Shown here: positions 20,256 to 31,283 of the stretch, piece after piece | Layout of the letters: every line of letters starts with the position of its first letter | How positions within the stretch are numbered: the stretch's first letter is position 1 | Assembly: GCA_965208325.1 (NCBI GenBank) | Contig: OZ242326.1 | Span: forward strand, 854,725-918,724 | Length of the DNA: 64,000 nucleotides | DNA from: Candidatus Poribacteria bacterium | Lineage (GTDB): Bacteria > Poribacteria > WGA-4E > PCPOR2b | Reading direction: 5' to 3' | Translations under genes and position numbers: made by a program | The notes under the pieces: generated by a model | Database searches by the model: none | What the model was told of the DNA's origin: nothing | Seen by the model: only the letters and a program-made list of their open reading frames with translations

Positions 20256-21692
20256 TTACCACCACCCGAGAAACTTCCACCACATCATGCCGACGCTCAA
20301 CCAGATTGCTAAATGAAAGAGAGACACCAAGAATCCGATGCCGAACCACTTCGGCTGGGGTACATACCCAAGTCCAAAATAGATAATTAAGGGTCCGGTG
20401 GAATAATTTGTGACGCATCCGCACAAGTTAGAAAAGTAAGCCAGTATCGCAACGGTTAGCATCGCAGGCGCACCAACTCCTAACGCTACCGCGAAAAAAG
20501 CGGCAACCATTGCAGCGATATGCGCGGTCAACATGGAAAAAAAGTACATTGAATAAAAGTAAATCAATGCGAGGCTGATAATGATGGCTATACCGCTTAG
20601 GTCTTCAACCAAAAACTTCATGTTGCTTGCAAACCAATCGATGAATTCATAGGTCTTGAGACTGTTCGCCATAGTTAATAAGCCGCCCAGCCAGATTAGC
20701 GTATCCCATGCCTTGTCATTCCCCGTGATATCCTCCCAACTCTCGGTACGCGCTAAAAGCAATAGACTGACGCCTATCCAAGCCACAAGCGTCGTGCTCA
20801 TGCCGTGCAGGGCTTTTGTCGTCCACATGCCCAAGAGTATGATGAAGACCGCGCACATCACCTTTTCGCCAGATGACCACGGCCCCATCCTACGGAGTTC
20901 GTCTTGCGCCGTTTCTTGGGCGGCGTGCGTGTCCTTTAGTGTCGGTTTTGCGAGAAAATAGATTACAATTGGGAGTAAACTTAAACCTACGAGTCCCGGA
21001 ACGATCGCGCCGAGCGCCCATGTACCCCAACCGAAGTCAATTGCAAACACATCGCTTGCGGCCTTTTTGACGAGAGGATTCGCAGCCATTCCCGTCAGAA
21101 ACATTGCCGCTGCGATAAGATTGGCATGGGCGCCGACCAGTGTCAAATACTCCCCAGCACGTTTGGGTTCTCTTTCCGGGCGCGAATCGAGCGCTTCCGC
21201 TAACGAACGCATAATCGGCGCCAATACTCCGCCGCCGCGAGCCGTGTTCGAGGGCACGAACGGCCCAAGCAGCAGCTCTGCGCCGCACAAAGAATATCCT
21301 AACCCAATAATTGACTTCCCTAGCCAACTTACCAGCGTCAAAGCCAATCGCCGGCCGAAACCGGTGCGCACAACGCCGCCGGCAATCAGGAATGCGGCGA
21401 CGACTAACCAAACTGTGCTGTCCGCATATCCTGCAAGTGCTTCGGATACCGTTAGCGTCTTGGTCGCCATCAGCACGACCAGTCCAAATAAGACCATCGG
21501 CCCATTCGGAAAAGGGCGCAAAATGAAACCGACAATCACCGTGATAAACACGGCAAAGATTTTCCAACCTTTCGAGTATAGTTCACTTGGGTCTATCTCA
21601 CGCGGCGCCGGAACCACCCACCACAGTGTGAGCAGCAAGAGAACACAGCCGCCAAGTCTCAGAATTTTATGCTTTTGTAAGTTTCCTGTCAT
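20256..21692 (-). CDS. DASS/SLC13-family anion (di/tricarboxylate) transporter
   Basis: Roughly 14 TM segments with DASS hallmarks ('SNTARGGGVLAPIMRSLAEA', duplicated hairpin regions). The start is chosen at 'MTGNLQKH' to avoid overlap with the thiolase; the ORF could extend to 21731. Confidence 0.65.
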   Translation of the reverse strand: MTGNLQKHKILRLGGCVLLLLTLWWVVPAPREIDPSELYSKGWKIFAVFITVIVGFILRPFPNGPMVLFGLVVLMATKTLTVSEALAGYADSTVWLVVAAFLIAGGVVRTGFGRRLALTLVSWLGKSIIGLGYSLCGAELLLGPFVPSNTARGGGVLAPIMRSLAEALDSRPEREPKRAGEYLTLVGAHANLIAAAMFLTGMAANPLVKKAASDVFAIDFGWGTWALGAIVPGLVGLSLLPIVIYFLAKPTLKDTHAAQETAQDELRRMGPWSSGEKVMCAVFIILLGMWTTKALHGMSTTLVAWIGVSLLLLARTESWEDITGNDKAWDTLIWLGGLLTMANSLKTYEFIDWFASNMKFLVEDLSGIAIIISLALIYFYSMYFFSMLTAHIAAMVAAFFAVALGVGAPAMLTVAILAYFSNLCGCVTNYSTGPLIIYFGLGYVPQPKWFGIGFLVSLFHLAIWLSVGMMWWKFLGWW

Positions 21693-21721
21693 AGTCCAGT
21701 TCCTCAGCGAAAAAACCCGCA

Positions 21722-22897
21722 TTACATACATTCAAAAATTCCTGCCGCGCCCATTCCGCCGCCGATGCACATCGTGACCATGCCGTAGCGTGCATTCCGC
21801 CGGCGCATCTCGTTAATCAGCGTGACTGATAGCTTTGTACCAGTGCATCCAAGCGGGTGTCCCAGCGCAATGGCGTTGCCATTGACGTTGACTTTATCGA
21901 TTGGAAGATTGAGTTCGTCAATTACCGCAAGCGCCTGTACCGCAAACGCTTCGTTCAGTTCAATCAGATCGATGTCGTCGAGAGAAAGGCCCGCGAGTTT
22001 CAACGCTTTTGGAACAGCCGCAACTGGTCCAATCCCCATGATTTCTGGCGGGACACCCGCAGTGGCATAACCAACAAACCGCGCCATCGGTTCGCATCCG
22101 AGTTCCGCGGCTTTCTCCGCAGACATAAGCACGACCGCCGCCGCACCGTCGCTCATCTGGGATGAGTTTCCGGCGGTGACGCTGCCGTCCTCGCGAAATA
22201 CAGGTTTAAGTTTTGCCAATGCCAGAATGGATGTATCCCGGCGAACACCTTCGTCAACGGTGAATTCAAAGGTCCGCGTTTCTTGCACGCCGTTATCATT
22301 CGCATGCGTCTCAGTCACAGAGATAGGTAAAATTTCAGCCTTGAACTTGCCTGTATCAATCGCATCAGCCGCTTTCTGATGGCTAGACATCGCGTACGCG
22401 TCCTGAATTTCACGCGAGATACGGTATTTGCTTACTAGATTCTCGGCGGTCAAGCCCATACTGAGATAAACATCGGGATAGTGCTCAACAAGGTGTGGGT
22501 TCGGTGCCGACGTGATGTCGTAAGGAACGAAACTCATGCTTTCCGTTCCTCCAGCTACCACTACGTCAGCGAACCCGCACATAATTCGTTCCGCCCCCAT
22601 AGCAATCGTCTGCAAGCCTGAAGCACAAAAACGGTTCACGGTCATTGCAGGAACAGAAACCGGTATACCCGCACGTACGCAGGCAATTCGCGCGACATTC
22701 ACCCCCTGCGGGCCTTCGGGCATGGCACAGCCAATTATTACGTCGTCGATTTTTTCGGCATCAAGGTTCGGCACCCGATTGATAGCTTCTTTAATGACAA
22801 ATGCAGCGAGATCGTCTGGGCGCGTATCTTTTAGCGAGCCGCGGTTTGCTTTTCCAACAGCTGTCCGTACCCCCGCTGCAATAACTGCTGAATTCAT
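21722..22897 (-). CDS. fadA: acetyl-CoA C-acyltransferase (3-ketoacyl-CoA thiolase)
   Basis: '[22 protein letters not shown]', active-site Cys region '[10 protein letters not shown]', C-terminal '[13 protein letters not shown]'. 391 aa. Confidence 0.85.
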   Translation of the reverse strand: MNSAVIAAGVRTAVGKANRGSLKDTRPDDLAAFVIKEAINRVPNLDAEKIDDVIIGCAMPEGPQGVNVARIACVRAGIPVSVPAMTVNRFCASGLQTIAMGAERIMCGFADVVVAGGTESMSFVPYDITSAPNPHLVEHYPDVYLSMGLTAENLVSKYRISREIQDAYAMSSHQKAADAIDTGKFKAEILPISVTETHANDNGVQETRTFEFTVDEGVRRDTSILALAKLKPVFREDGSVTAGNSSQMSDGAAAVVLMSAEKAAELGCEPMARFVGYATAGVPPEIMGIGPVAAVPKALKLAGLSLDDIDLIELNEAFAVQALAVIDELNLPIDKVNVNGNAIALGHPLGCTGTKLSVTLINEMRRRNARYGMVTMCIGGGMGAAGIFECM

Positions 22898-23077
22898 TCA
22901 TTCACTCCTAAACGTCGTTTTGGAAACGGAAAAGATATTTGAATCGCTCGGAAAACAACAATGTTTTAAACCTCTGAATCTTCATCTTTCCATCTGCACA
23001 TGATACTAATTTGGTTTGCTATTCATCACCAACAACCAGTTTCCCGCACTATGCAGAACTCTCGTGTTTCTTTCGTC

Positions 23078-25495
23078 TCAATTGCGAAGCGGCTTTCCAG
23101 TCTTTAGCGTAAACTCAATCCGATTCTGTGTCTTCTCCTCCCCGCACAGGCTAATAAACGCCTCTCGCTCAAGGTCGAGTATGTACGACTCGGAGACGCG
23201 CTGCGGCGACGTAAGTTCACCGCCGCACAAAACGTAGGCGAGTTTATTCAGGACAGCGGCGTCATGCTCGCTGATATAATTAGCGCTACGCATCTGATGA
23301 ATTTCCAGCTTATGTTGCGCGAGTCCGTTTCTTCCCGGCACCAACGTCTCTCGCGGCTGCGGTTGCTGGTAGCCCCTCGCGGCGATTGAACGTACCATCT
23401 CTTTTGCATCGTAGAGATGGCGCCTACTGTTTATTGAAATGAAATCTGTGTTGCGAAGATACCCTAGCTGCCTCGCGTGTTCGCCGCTCTCGGACACGCT
23501 TGAGCGTGCAATAGTCTCAAAAGCACGCTTCACATTCTGAATTGCGTCCGCGCTGCTGTCAATCGGCAGATTTTCTTGGCAACGGAGAATCATCTCCTTT
23601 GTGCCGCCCGCACCCGGGATGAGTCCGACACGCACCTCGACCAAACCCATATAAGTTTCTGCGGCGGCGCAGACCGCATCCGAATTGAGAACAACCTCAC
23701 ACCCGCCGCCGTACGTCATTCCCGATGGGGCGGATACGACGGTTTTCGGCGAACTACGCAGCGACATATTTGCCGTCTGGAAATTCAGGAGGATTTCGTC
23801 AATCGCGTCCCAATCTTTGTTCCTCGCCTTTTCAAGAACCAAGACAAGGTTTAACCCCACCGAAAAGTTGTCACTGTGGTTGCCGATGATGAGTCCGACA
23901 AAGTTCCGCTCGACCTCGTCGAGGGCGTTTAGCATCATCTCAAGCGTGGAAGTATTGATGATATTCATCTTGCTGTGGAACTCAAGGCAAGCTACACCAT
24001 CCCCAATATCAATTAGGCTGGCATCAGCATTGGATTGCACCGTCTTACCGTCTGATCGGAGGTCCGAGAGAACGATGTCCTCTGAAGGAGTTTCGGTCTC
24101 TTGGTAACTATTTGACCCGAGATCGAAATAAGCGCTCTTGGCATGCGAATCTTCCGGATTGACCGCCCTGTAAAAGGACGTGTGCCCCGAATCCAACAGA
24201 TTGGCGGCGAGCGGCGGAATTGCACCGCCTTCGGACTGCATTCGTTCAACGGATTCCGGCACGCCGATTGCGTCCCAAATCTCAAACACGCCAAGCTCCC
24301 AATTGAAACCCCATTTCATGGCTTTGTCGACGCTCGCCAAATCATCCGAGATTTCGGGGATACACGACGCAGCATAGCGCAACAAGTTACTCAGACTTTT
24401 CCACACTAACCGCCCTTCCCGGCTGTCGTTGTCCGTAAGTGCCTTGATCCGCGCACCGGCATCCCTAATTCGCTTTACTGAGTCGAGCGTACGAGATTGC
24501 ACACTTTCACGAGGTACATATTCAAGTGTATTGTAGTTCAACGTCAAGATTTCACTGCCTTTTTCACCGGGACGTTTATGATAAAATCCTCGTCCTGTTT
24601 TGTCACCAAGCCAATTCCTCTCGATCATGTGCAAAATGAACTCCGGCACACGGAAAACAGCACGCCGTTCATCGTCAGGCAACGCTGTGTTAAGATTCTT
24701 TGCCATATCCACAAGTATATCTACCCCGATAAGATCGCCCAGCCGGAAGGTGGCGCTTCGCGGCCGCCCAATCAGAGGCCCTGTAATCACATCGACCTCA
24801 TCAATGGTATAATCCTCTTCAAGCATCAGATGGATAGTGTGCATCATCGCAAAGGTGCCGATCCGGTTGGCGATGAAATTGGGCGTATCCTTGCAGCGTA
24901 CAATCCCTTTTCCGAGTATCCGCTCTCCAAAATCGGCAGCAAAATCGACCAGATTCGTTCGAGTCTCCGCTGTTGGAATAATTTCAAGCAGGTGCATGTA
25001 CCGTGGCGGGTTAAAGAAATGCGTTCCTAAAAAGCACTCCCGAAAGTTTGCAGAGCGCCCTTTGGAAAGTGCATTGATGGAGATTCCAGATGTGTTAGAA
25101 CTTACGAGCGTGCCGTGTCTGCGGTGCCGGTCGATTAATTCGTGAACCTGTTTTTTTACCTGTAAATTTTCGGTGACTGCTTCAACGATCCAGTCCGCCT
25201 CAGCCAACCGGTCGGCGTGGTCGCTAAGGTTTCCCGCCCGAATCAACCGCGCTGCTTCGCGAACATAGAACGGTGAACGGGTTTTCGCGATTTTCATCCG
25301 ATCCAGTGCAGACGCCGCGATTCGATTCCGCTCAACAGAGCGGCCGCAATTTCCATCCTTCATGCCAGCGGGTAAAACGTCCAACAAGTCACAAGGGATA
25401 CCGACGTTGGCGAAATGGGCGGCAATCTGCGAACCCATTGTACCGGCGCCCAAGACTGCAACTCGTTTTATTTTGCGATATAATTCTACTTGCAA
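23078..25495 (-). CDS. bifunctional 3-hydroxyacyl-CoA dehydrogenase / enoyl-CoA hydratase (FadN-type architecture)
   Basis: N-terminal NAD site 'VAVLGAGTMGSQIAAHFANVG' (3HCDH) and a C-terminal crotonase-fold region. 805 aa. Sits immediately upstream of the thiolase. Confidence 0.8.
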   Translation of the reverse strand: MQVELYRKIKRVAVLGAGTMGSQIAAHFANVGIPCDLLDVLPAGMKDGNCGRSVERNRIAASALDRMKIAKTRSPFYVREAARLIRAGNLSDHADRLAEADWIVEAVTENLQVKKQVHELIDRHRRHGTLVSSNTSGISINALSKGRSANFRECFLGTHFFNPPRYMHLLEIIPTAETRTNLVDFAADFGERILGKGIVRCKDTPNFIANRIGTFAMMHTIHLMLEEDYTIDEVDVITGPLIGRPRSATFRLGDLIGVDILVDMAKNLNTALPDDERRAVFRVPEFILHMIERNWLGDKTGRGFYHKRPGEKGSEILTLNYNTLEYVPRESVQSRTLDSVKRIRDAGARIKALTDNDSREGRLVWKSLSNLLRYAASCIPEISDDLASVDKAMKWGFNWELGVFEIWDAIGVPESVERMQSEGGAIPPLAANLLDSGHTSFYRAVNPEDSHAKSAYFDLGSNSYQETETPSEDIVLSDLRSDGKTVQSNADASLIDIGDGVACLEFHSKMNIINTSTLEMMLNALDEVERNFVGLIIGNHSDNFSVGLNLVLVLEKARNKDWDAIDEILLNFQTANMSLRSSPKTVVSAPSGMTYGGGCEVVLNSDAVCAAAETYMGLVEVRVGLIPGAGGTKEMILRCQENLPIDSSADAIQNVKRAFETIARSSVSESGEHARQLGYLRNTDFISINSRRHLYDAKEMVRSIAARGYQQPQPRETLVPGRNGLAQHKLEIHQMRSANYISEHDAAVLNKLAYVLCGGELTSPQRVSESYILDLEREAFISLCGEEKTQNRIEFTLKTGKPLRN

Positions 25496-25506
25496 TTTAT
25501 TCGCCT

Positions 25507-26973
25507 CTACCTTGTTTCCTCATTACTATCTCTACTGAATCGGGTGAGTGCATCGCCGATTTTATCTTGCAAGGATCGGCGTAAATTTGCAGAGCCTTTG
25601 AAATTACTCATCAAGACCGCGAAAGCCAAAATTTCGCCTTCCGCCGTCATGGTATAACCGGCAAGCGTCGAAACACCTCTCATCGTACCCGTTTTTGCCC
25701 GTAAAATGCCGCCCGCTCTCATGTCATTCATCCGCCTTTTCAACGTCCCATCAACGCCCGCAATGGGCAAAGATACAAGATATTCGGGCATCATCGCAAA
25801 ATTGTTGAACATATAAGTTAGAAGACTCGTTAAGGCCGAAGCCGTGACAAGATTGTATCGGGAAACGCCCGAACCGTCCGCTAAGGTGTACCGTGAATTG
25901 TCCAACCCAATTTCTCTCAAAAACTCGCCGATAGCGGCAATCCCTTTTTGCGCTGTACCGGGTGCGCCCTTTAACTCCGCGCCAATCGTTTTTAGGATGA
26001 GTTCCGCCGTTAAATTATCGCTAGATTTGTTCATCCCCCAGAGAATGCGAGATAGCGGCACTGATACATGATTGGCAATTTTCAACGCCCTTTCGGGAAC
26101 AACACCGTGACGTATACTCCCCCGAAACATGATGCCTTTCTGCGCAAGCTTCTCCTTCAATAGCGTCCCACAATAAAGCGCGGGATCGACGACATCCACC
26201 TGTCGATTGACGTCAGCTTGACCAATCTCCATTGATCCGCGGATGGTCAATACATTTGCCTCCACCGGCTTCCACTGTCGTTTAATGCTCAATCTTGTCG
26301 CGTCTGAAGCGGTGACGGTCGCCGCCTCATTGACAATTTTCATGTACTGCGTGGGCGGTTCAAGTTGCACGTCAACGGGATCGTCTATATTGCGGCCCGG
26401 TGACACGCGGACGCGAACGCCGTTGTGATTGATGGTCAGCGCGCTCAAATGCGAGTAATATCCGCCTAAGGGGCCGTCGTCCCACATCCACCCTTTCCCC
26501 CGCCGGATATCGTCGAAATAAGACTCATCCACAACAATATCGCCGTCTACAGATTTAACACCCATCGCGGCCAGCTTTTCAGTAAATTCTTCCAGATCGC
26601 CGCTCTCAAACCTTGGGTCGCCCCGGCCCTTGAAGTAGAGATTTCCTACAACACGCCCATCTTCGATTGCATCCGCATACAGGGTAGTGTGGAAACGATA
26701 GTTTGGACCCAGTTTGACGAGCGCCGCCGCAGCGGTAATCAATTTCATCGTCGAAGCCGGATGATGCAGTTTATCGGCAGCATTTTCATAAATTACGCTG
26801 CCGTTCGACAACGATACGACTTTAACCCCGACATTTGAAGCGGCGAGCAGCGGATCGCCCAAAATCGTTTCAATTTCACTCGCTAATACATGGGTCGGTT
26901 CAATCGGTGTTGGTGAGGAAACCGTGGCGCAACTGATGAGAACAACCAATAAACACAACAAAAACAGCGGCAT
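25507..26973 (-). CDS. D-alanyl-D-alanine carboxypeptidase/endopeptidase (PBP4, peptidase S13) lipoprotein
   Basis: S13 motifs 'PASTMKL' (SxxK), 'SSDN' (SxN) and 'KTGTM' (KTG). Signal/lipobox 'LLVVLISC'. The start is set at 'MPLFLL'; the ORF extends to 27039. Confidence 0.75.
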   Translation of the reverse strand: MPLFLLCLLVVLISCATVSSPTPIEPTHVLASEIETILGDPLLAASNVGVKVVSLSNGSVIYENAADKLHHPASTMKLITAAAALVKLGPNYRFHTTLYADAIEDGRVVGNLYFKGRGDPRFESGDLEEFTEKLAAMGVKSVDGDIVVDESYFDDIRRGKGWMWDDGPLGGYYSHLSALTINHNGVRVRVSPGRNIDDPVDVQLEPPTQYMKIVNEAATVTASDATRLSIKRQWKPVEANVLTIRGSMEIGQADVNRQVDVVDPALYCGTLLKEKLAQKGIMFRGSIRHGVVPERALKIANHVSVPLSRILWGMNKSSDNLTAELILKTIGAELKGAPGTAQKGIAAIGEFLREIGLDNSRYTLADGSGVSRYNLVTASALTSLLTYMFNNFAMMPEYLVSLPIAGVDGTLKRRMNDMRAGGILRAKTGTMRGVSTLAGYTMTAEGEILAFAVLMSNFKGSANLRRSLQDKIGDALTRFSRDSNEETR

Positions 26974-27283
26974 ATAGGTGGTGCCGGTGCCCGTTCGTTT
27001 CTTAAAGGTGACTCGCTTTATCCGGAGAATTTTAAACATGTTAACCGCCCGTAATTGAAGGTGAATTCGCCGAGGAATTTTCTCACATAAGGGTTATGAA
27101 GTCAAGCTCTTTTTCGGCGGCGGCAATCCGTTACTGTACCCATGCACGGTGATATGCTACAATAGAATGCACGTTGTATGAGGTTGTCGATACAACCCCG
27201 ATTTCGAATTGGATTCAGGCATTGATTCACAAATTGGCATAAAAGGCAATATATACATTCATTGTGCAAGGAGAACACCATAT

Positions 27284-28342
27284 ATGGCAAACCCATTAAA
27301 AGTTGGCATCATCGGCGTTGGCGGCATCGCCCGCACCCACGTACCGGGTTGGAACGCCTCGCCGCACGCCGAGTTGGTGGCTGGCTGTGATATCAGAGAC
27401 GATGTCGTCAAACACTGGGGCGAAGCAAACCAAATAAAAACACTGGCGACCAATCCGGAAGAACTCTTCAGCGATGCGGATATCGATATCATTGATGTGT
27501 GCACACCGAACATGTATCACGCGCCGCTGGCAGTTGCAGCGCTTGAATCGGGTAAACATGTCATCTGCGAAAAGCCATTGGCGCCGACGCCGCAAGACAT
27601 CTACAAAATGATCGAAGCCCGCAATCAGTCCGGAAAATTGCTCATGACGGCACAGCATTTCCGGTTTGAACCTAAATCGAAAGCCATGAAAGCCGAAATA
27701 GACAGGGGTGTGCTCGGCGACGTATACCATGCGCGCAGTTGGATGCTGCGCCGTAACGGGTTCTCACCAGGGCCGGGATTCGTCCTCAAGAAAAACAGCG
27801 GAGGGGGACCGTGCATCGACATCGGCGTTCATATTTTGGATTTAACCCTCTGGTTCATGGGCAATCCGCAGCCAGCCGCTGTGACGGGGGTAGCACGGGC
27901 TGAGCTCGCACATCGAAAGGGCGCTTTCTGCGCATGGGGCGGCGAGATTCCGGAAGCGTTCGATGTCGAAGATTTTGCGGCGGCGTTCGTGCGATTTGAG
28001 ACCGGCGCCACCCTAATCCTAGAGGTGAGTTGGCTGCTCCACCACGATATACGCGGCGAGGACATGCAGATGTGGCTTTACGGGACGGATGCCGGCGCGC
28101 ACTGGCCAAAATGCGAGTTTCTTGAGAGCAATGCTGCCACGAAGCAGCATTTCAATCGATCCTTACAACTTTTCCCGAATCTTTTGGAAGCGCATGCACA
28201 GGAGTGCGTCGAGTTTGCGCAGGCAATTGTTGACGGCGCGCCCTCACCCGTACCTGCCGAACAGTCGCTGCAGGTGATTTCCATTCTGGACGGCATCTAC
28301 AGGAGCCAAGAACAGGGCGGAGAAGTGCGAGTCAATGCGTAG
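27284..28342 (+). CDS. Gfo/Idh/MocA family oxidoreductase
   Basis: 'LKVGIIGVGGIARTHVPGW' Rossmann and 'EKPLAPTPQDIYKM'. The start is taken at 'MANPLKV'. Confidence 0.75.
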   Translation: MANPLKVGIIGVGGIARTHVPGWNASPHAELVAGCDIRDDVVKHWGEANQIKTLATNPEELFSDADIDIIDVCTPNMYHAPLAVAALESGKHVICEKPLAPTPQDIYKMIEARNQSGKLLMTAQHFRFEPKSKAMKAEIDRGVLGDVYHARSWMLRRNGFSPGPGFVLKKNSGGGPCIDIGVHILDLTLWFMGNPQPAAVTGVARAELAHRKGAFCAWGGEIPEAFDVEDFAAAFVRFETGATLILEVSWLLHHDIRGEDMQMWLYGTDAGAHWPKCEFLESNAATKQHFNRSLQLFPNLLEAHAQECVEFAQAIVDGAPSPVPAEQSLQVISILDGIYRSQEQGGEVRVNA

Positions 28343-28445
28343 TCTAGCAGGCACACTCAGTATGCCGTAGCATTATCCCGACCCGTCCATCAGCTTTCAA
28401 TGCAATATACGCAAACAACGGCACACGGAGTGTGCTTACTACTAT
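28341..28445. repeat. palindromic element, copy 1 (imperfect arms 'GCAGGCACACTCAGTATGCCGTA' / 'ACGGCACACGGAGTGTGCTTACTAC')
   Basis: Seen directly in the sequence. Same arm sequence as the 33001..33100 element. Sits right after the stop of the Gfo/Idh/MocA gene at 28342. Confidence 0.7.
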
Positions 28446-28559
28446 AGTCACTGCAACTAAAAATTACACATTACCTTTTCAATCCGATCAAAAAGAGGTG
28501 TAACCCCCCCTAACCCCCCTTTTCAGCTTACTATTGCCCACAAGTCCAGAAATTTGCAC

Positions 28560-28750
28560 GGTGCCACCTGTGGGAGGGAGATCCTTCTCCCGATTGTCGA
28601 GAATCAAGCGACCGAATAGGGAGCGCGATAGTTTTAAGTGTCTCTCCTACAGTGAGGACACTTTAGTCGGTTCATTGACAATAATCATTCCCCTCCTTAC
28701 TAAGGAGGATCAACTGACCGAATAAGGAAGGCGATAGGTTTTATAGTTCT
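28560..28750. repeat. modular intergenic repeat locus (two copies of 'TCAAsyGACCGAATArGGAGsGCGATAGkTTT' plus hairpins)
   Basis: Copies at 28604-28635 and 28710-28742. Hairpins 'GGGAGGGAGATCCTTCTCCC' and the perfect palindrome 'CCTCCTTACTAAGGAGG' at 28692-28708. A 'CACCTGTGGGAG' module and a 'CTCTCCTACAGTGAGGACA' module. Confidence 0.75.
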
Positions 28751-28878
28751 TCCTAGTTCTTATAGGTTGGGTTGAACGCTGTTTCTAGCACCCTCATTAA
28801 GATGTGGGTAATAGTAAGTCCTTTTCAGGGGGTATCTGAATGTGTGTAAATATGAATGTAAATGGCTATATTATGCGC

Positions 28879-30069
28879 TCAAACGACCTCATCCCTGCAC
28901 AACTCCGTTATCGCATCGTCATCTAAGCCTAGTATTTCCTTGAGAACTTCAGCCGTGTGCTGGCCCAGCGTGGGCGGCGGCAGACGCATCTCGGCAGGGG
29001 TCATCGACAGTTTGAACGGAGTTCCAGCGAGTTTCACGCTGCCCGCAGAGGGGTGGGGCATCTCGACAGTCATTTCCCGTGCGGCTGCCTGCGGATCGGC
29101 GAACACGGTGTCAAGTGTATTGACTGGTCCTGCGGGTACGTCAGCATCGGCGCAGAGTTGCAGCCATTCGGCAACAGTCCTCCGGCGGAACAAGTTCTCC
29201 AACATGGGTATCAATACGTCCCGGTGTGCGACGCGCTGCGGGTTGGACGCAAAACGCACATCCTTACCCAACGCACTCACACCCGCCGCTTCACAGAATC
29301 GCAGCCATTGTCCGTCGTTGCCGATGGCTAAGACTAAAAAATCGTCCGCCGCTTGAAACGCCTGATACGGAACGATGCTGGCGTGTGCGTTCCCCCACCG
29401 CAGCGGCACCTCGCCCGAACACAGATAATTGCTGCCGACGTTTGCCAACAGCGCAATCTGCGAATCGAACAAGGAAATATCAAGATGCTGTCCCTCACCG
29501 CTGCGTTCACGAGCGTACAGTGCGGCAAGTATCGCATTGCATGCGAACAGCGCAGCCGCAACATCAACAATGGCAACGCCTACCTTCATGGGCGCCCCGC
29601 CGCGCTCGCCGGTGATGGACATAAACCCGCCGCGTCCTTGAATCAGAGAATCGTATCCCGCTAACTCACGGTCAGGACCGGTGTGCCCAAAACCGCTAAT
29701 GGAGCAGTAAATTAATCGAGGATTAATATCCTTGAGTTCGGTGTACCCTAAACCGAGTTGGTCGGCGCCTCCGATTCGAAAGTTCTCGACCAACACATCG
29801 CTGTTGCGCGCTAAATCCTGCGCAATGGCGGCGCCTCGCCTGTCCTTGAGGTCGAGGGTGATGCTTTTCTTGTTGCGGTTGCAGCATAGGTAATATGCCG
29901 ACTCGCCCCCGACAAACGGCGGGCCCCATTGCCGTGTTTCGTCGCCGGCATCCGGACGCTCGACTTTGATTACCTCCGCGCCCAGATCGCCCAACATCAT
30001 GGCACAATAGGGACCGGCTAAATGCCGCGACAATTCCAGCACGCGCACGCCATCGAGCGCACCTGCCAT
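28879..30069 (-). CDS. CaiB/BaiF family (class III) CoA-transferase
   Basis: 'LDGVRVLELSRHLAGPYCAMMLGDLGAEVIKVERP', diagnostic of family III CoA-transferases. 396 aa. Its start overlaps the upstream stop as ATGA (30067-30071). Confidence 0.8.
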   Translation of the reverse strand: MAGALDGVRVLELSRHLAGPYCAMMLGDLGAEVIKVERPDAGDETRQWGPPFVGGESAYYLCCNRNKKSITLDLKDRRGAAIAQDLARNSDVLVENFRIGGADQLGLGYTELKDINPRLIYCSISGFGHTGPDRELAGYDSLIQGRGGFMSITGERGGAPMKVGVAIVDVAAALFACNAILAALYARERSGEGQHLDISLFDSQIALLANVGSNYLCSGEVPLRWGNAHASIVPYQAFQAADDFLVLAIGNDGQWLRFCEAAGVSALGKDVRFASNPQRVAHRDVLIPMLENLFRRRTVAEWLQLCADADVPAGPVNTLDTVFADPQAAAREMTVEMPHPSAGSVKLAGTPFKLSMTPAEMRLPPPTLGQHTAEVLKEILGLDDDAITELCRDEVV

Positions 30070-31283
30070 TACGTATCCTCCGCAAACGGATACGGCGGCA
30101 GTATTTGCGTTAAACGCTTGTCAGTTCGGTATCCGAGCGCATATTCTGCCTGCATCAATTGGTGAATTTCCTGCGTTCCCTCGTAGATTAACGCCCCACG
30201 GGAGTTTCGCAAGTAGCGTTCGACCGGGTACTCGTCGCTATAACCGTTGGCGCCATGGACTTGCACGGCGTCATCCGCAGCTCTGAAGGCGTTCTGACAA
30301 TTCACCCACTTCGCCAGGCTCGCCTCGCGTGTACAGCGCGCCCCTCGATTCATCATCCAGCCAATCTGATAGTATAGCAGCCGCCCGGTGTCCCTCCCCG
30401 CGACCATGCGGGCAATTTTTTGCTGAACGAGTTGGTGTTTTCCAATCGGACGCCCAAACGTCTCGCGCGCCTTAACGTAGGATGTACTCGCCTCAAGGCA
30501 CGCCTCTATCAAACCGACCGCCCCGGCGGCAACTGTGTAGCGACCGCTGTCCAATGCACTCATGGCGATCTTGAATCCTTCGCCCTCTTCACCGACACGA
30601 TTCGCTGCCGGTACGTGCACCTCTCGCAGTACGATCCCACCGGTAGCGCCGATGCGTCCCCCCAGTTTGTGTTTGATGCTAGAGGTGCTGACACCCTCGA
30701 AGCTGCGTTCCACGATAAATGCCGAAATGCCGCGGTACTTGGTGCTAGGGTCGGTGTAGGCAAAAACCAAATATTGGTCGGCGATGTCGGCGAAACCGAT
30801 CCACGTTTTCTCGCCGTCGAGAATATAACTGCCGCCCTCCCGCCGGGCGGTGGTGCGAATATTCGAGACATCGCTTCCCGCATGCGGTTCAGTCAGCGCA
30901 AACACCCCCAACTTCTCGCCGCGCGCCTGCGGCGCAAGATAATCGGCCTTTTGCGCGCCGCTTCCCCACCGAAACAACGTCAACGAGTTGAGGCCTAGAT
31001 GCACGGAAACCAACACGCGAAAAGCGCTGTCCGCACGCTCCAACTCTTCACAGACGATGCCGAGGCTTAGATAGTCGCGCCCCAATCCGCCGTGGCATCG
31101 GGGAATGCAAACGCCGAACAGCCCCTCTGCCGCCATCTTCGGCAAAATTTCCCGCGGAAATTTCTGTGCGCGGTCCCATTCGCGGACATACGGCAAAATC
31201 TCGCGTGCACAAAACTCGCGCGCCGCATTGCGGATGGCGTCGTGCTCCGATGTCAATGTGAAGTCCAAAATTTGAATCTCCAT
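30069..31283 (-). CDS. acyl-CoA dehydrogenase
   Basis: ACAD fold motifs ('GLFGVCIPRCHGG', 'FALTEPHAGSD', C-terminal 'YEGTQEIHQLMQAEYALG'). 404 aa. Translationally coupled to the CoA-transferase. Confidence 0.8.
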   Translation of the reverse strand: MEIQILDFTLTSEHDAIRNAAREFCAREILPYVREWDRAQKFPREILPKMAAEGLFGVCIPRCHGGLGRDYLSLGIVCEELERADSAFRVLVSVHLGLNSLTLFRWGSGAQKADYLAPQARGEKLGVFALTEPHAGSDVSNIRTTARREGGSYILDGEKTWIGFADIADQYLVFAYTDPSTKYRGISAFIVERSFEGVSTSSIKHKLGGRIGATGGIVLREVHVPAANRVGEEGEGFKIAMSALDSGRYTVAAGAVGLIEACLEASTSYVKARETFGRPIGKHQLVQQKIARMVAGRDTGRLLYYQIGWMMNRGARCTREASLAKWVNCQNAFRAADDAVQVHGANGYSDEYPVERYLRNSRGALIYEGTQEIHQLMQAEYALGYRTDKRLTQILPPYPFAEDT

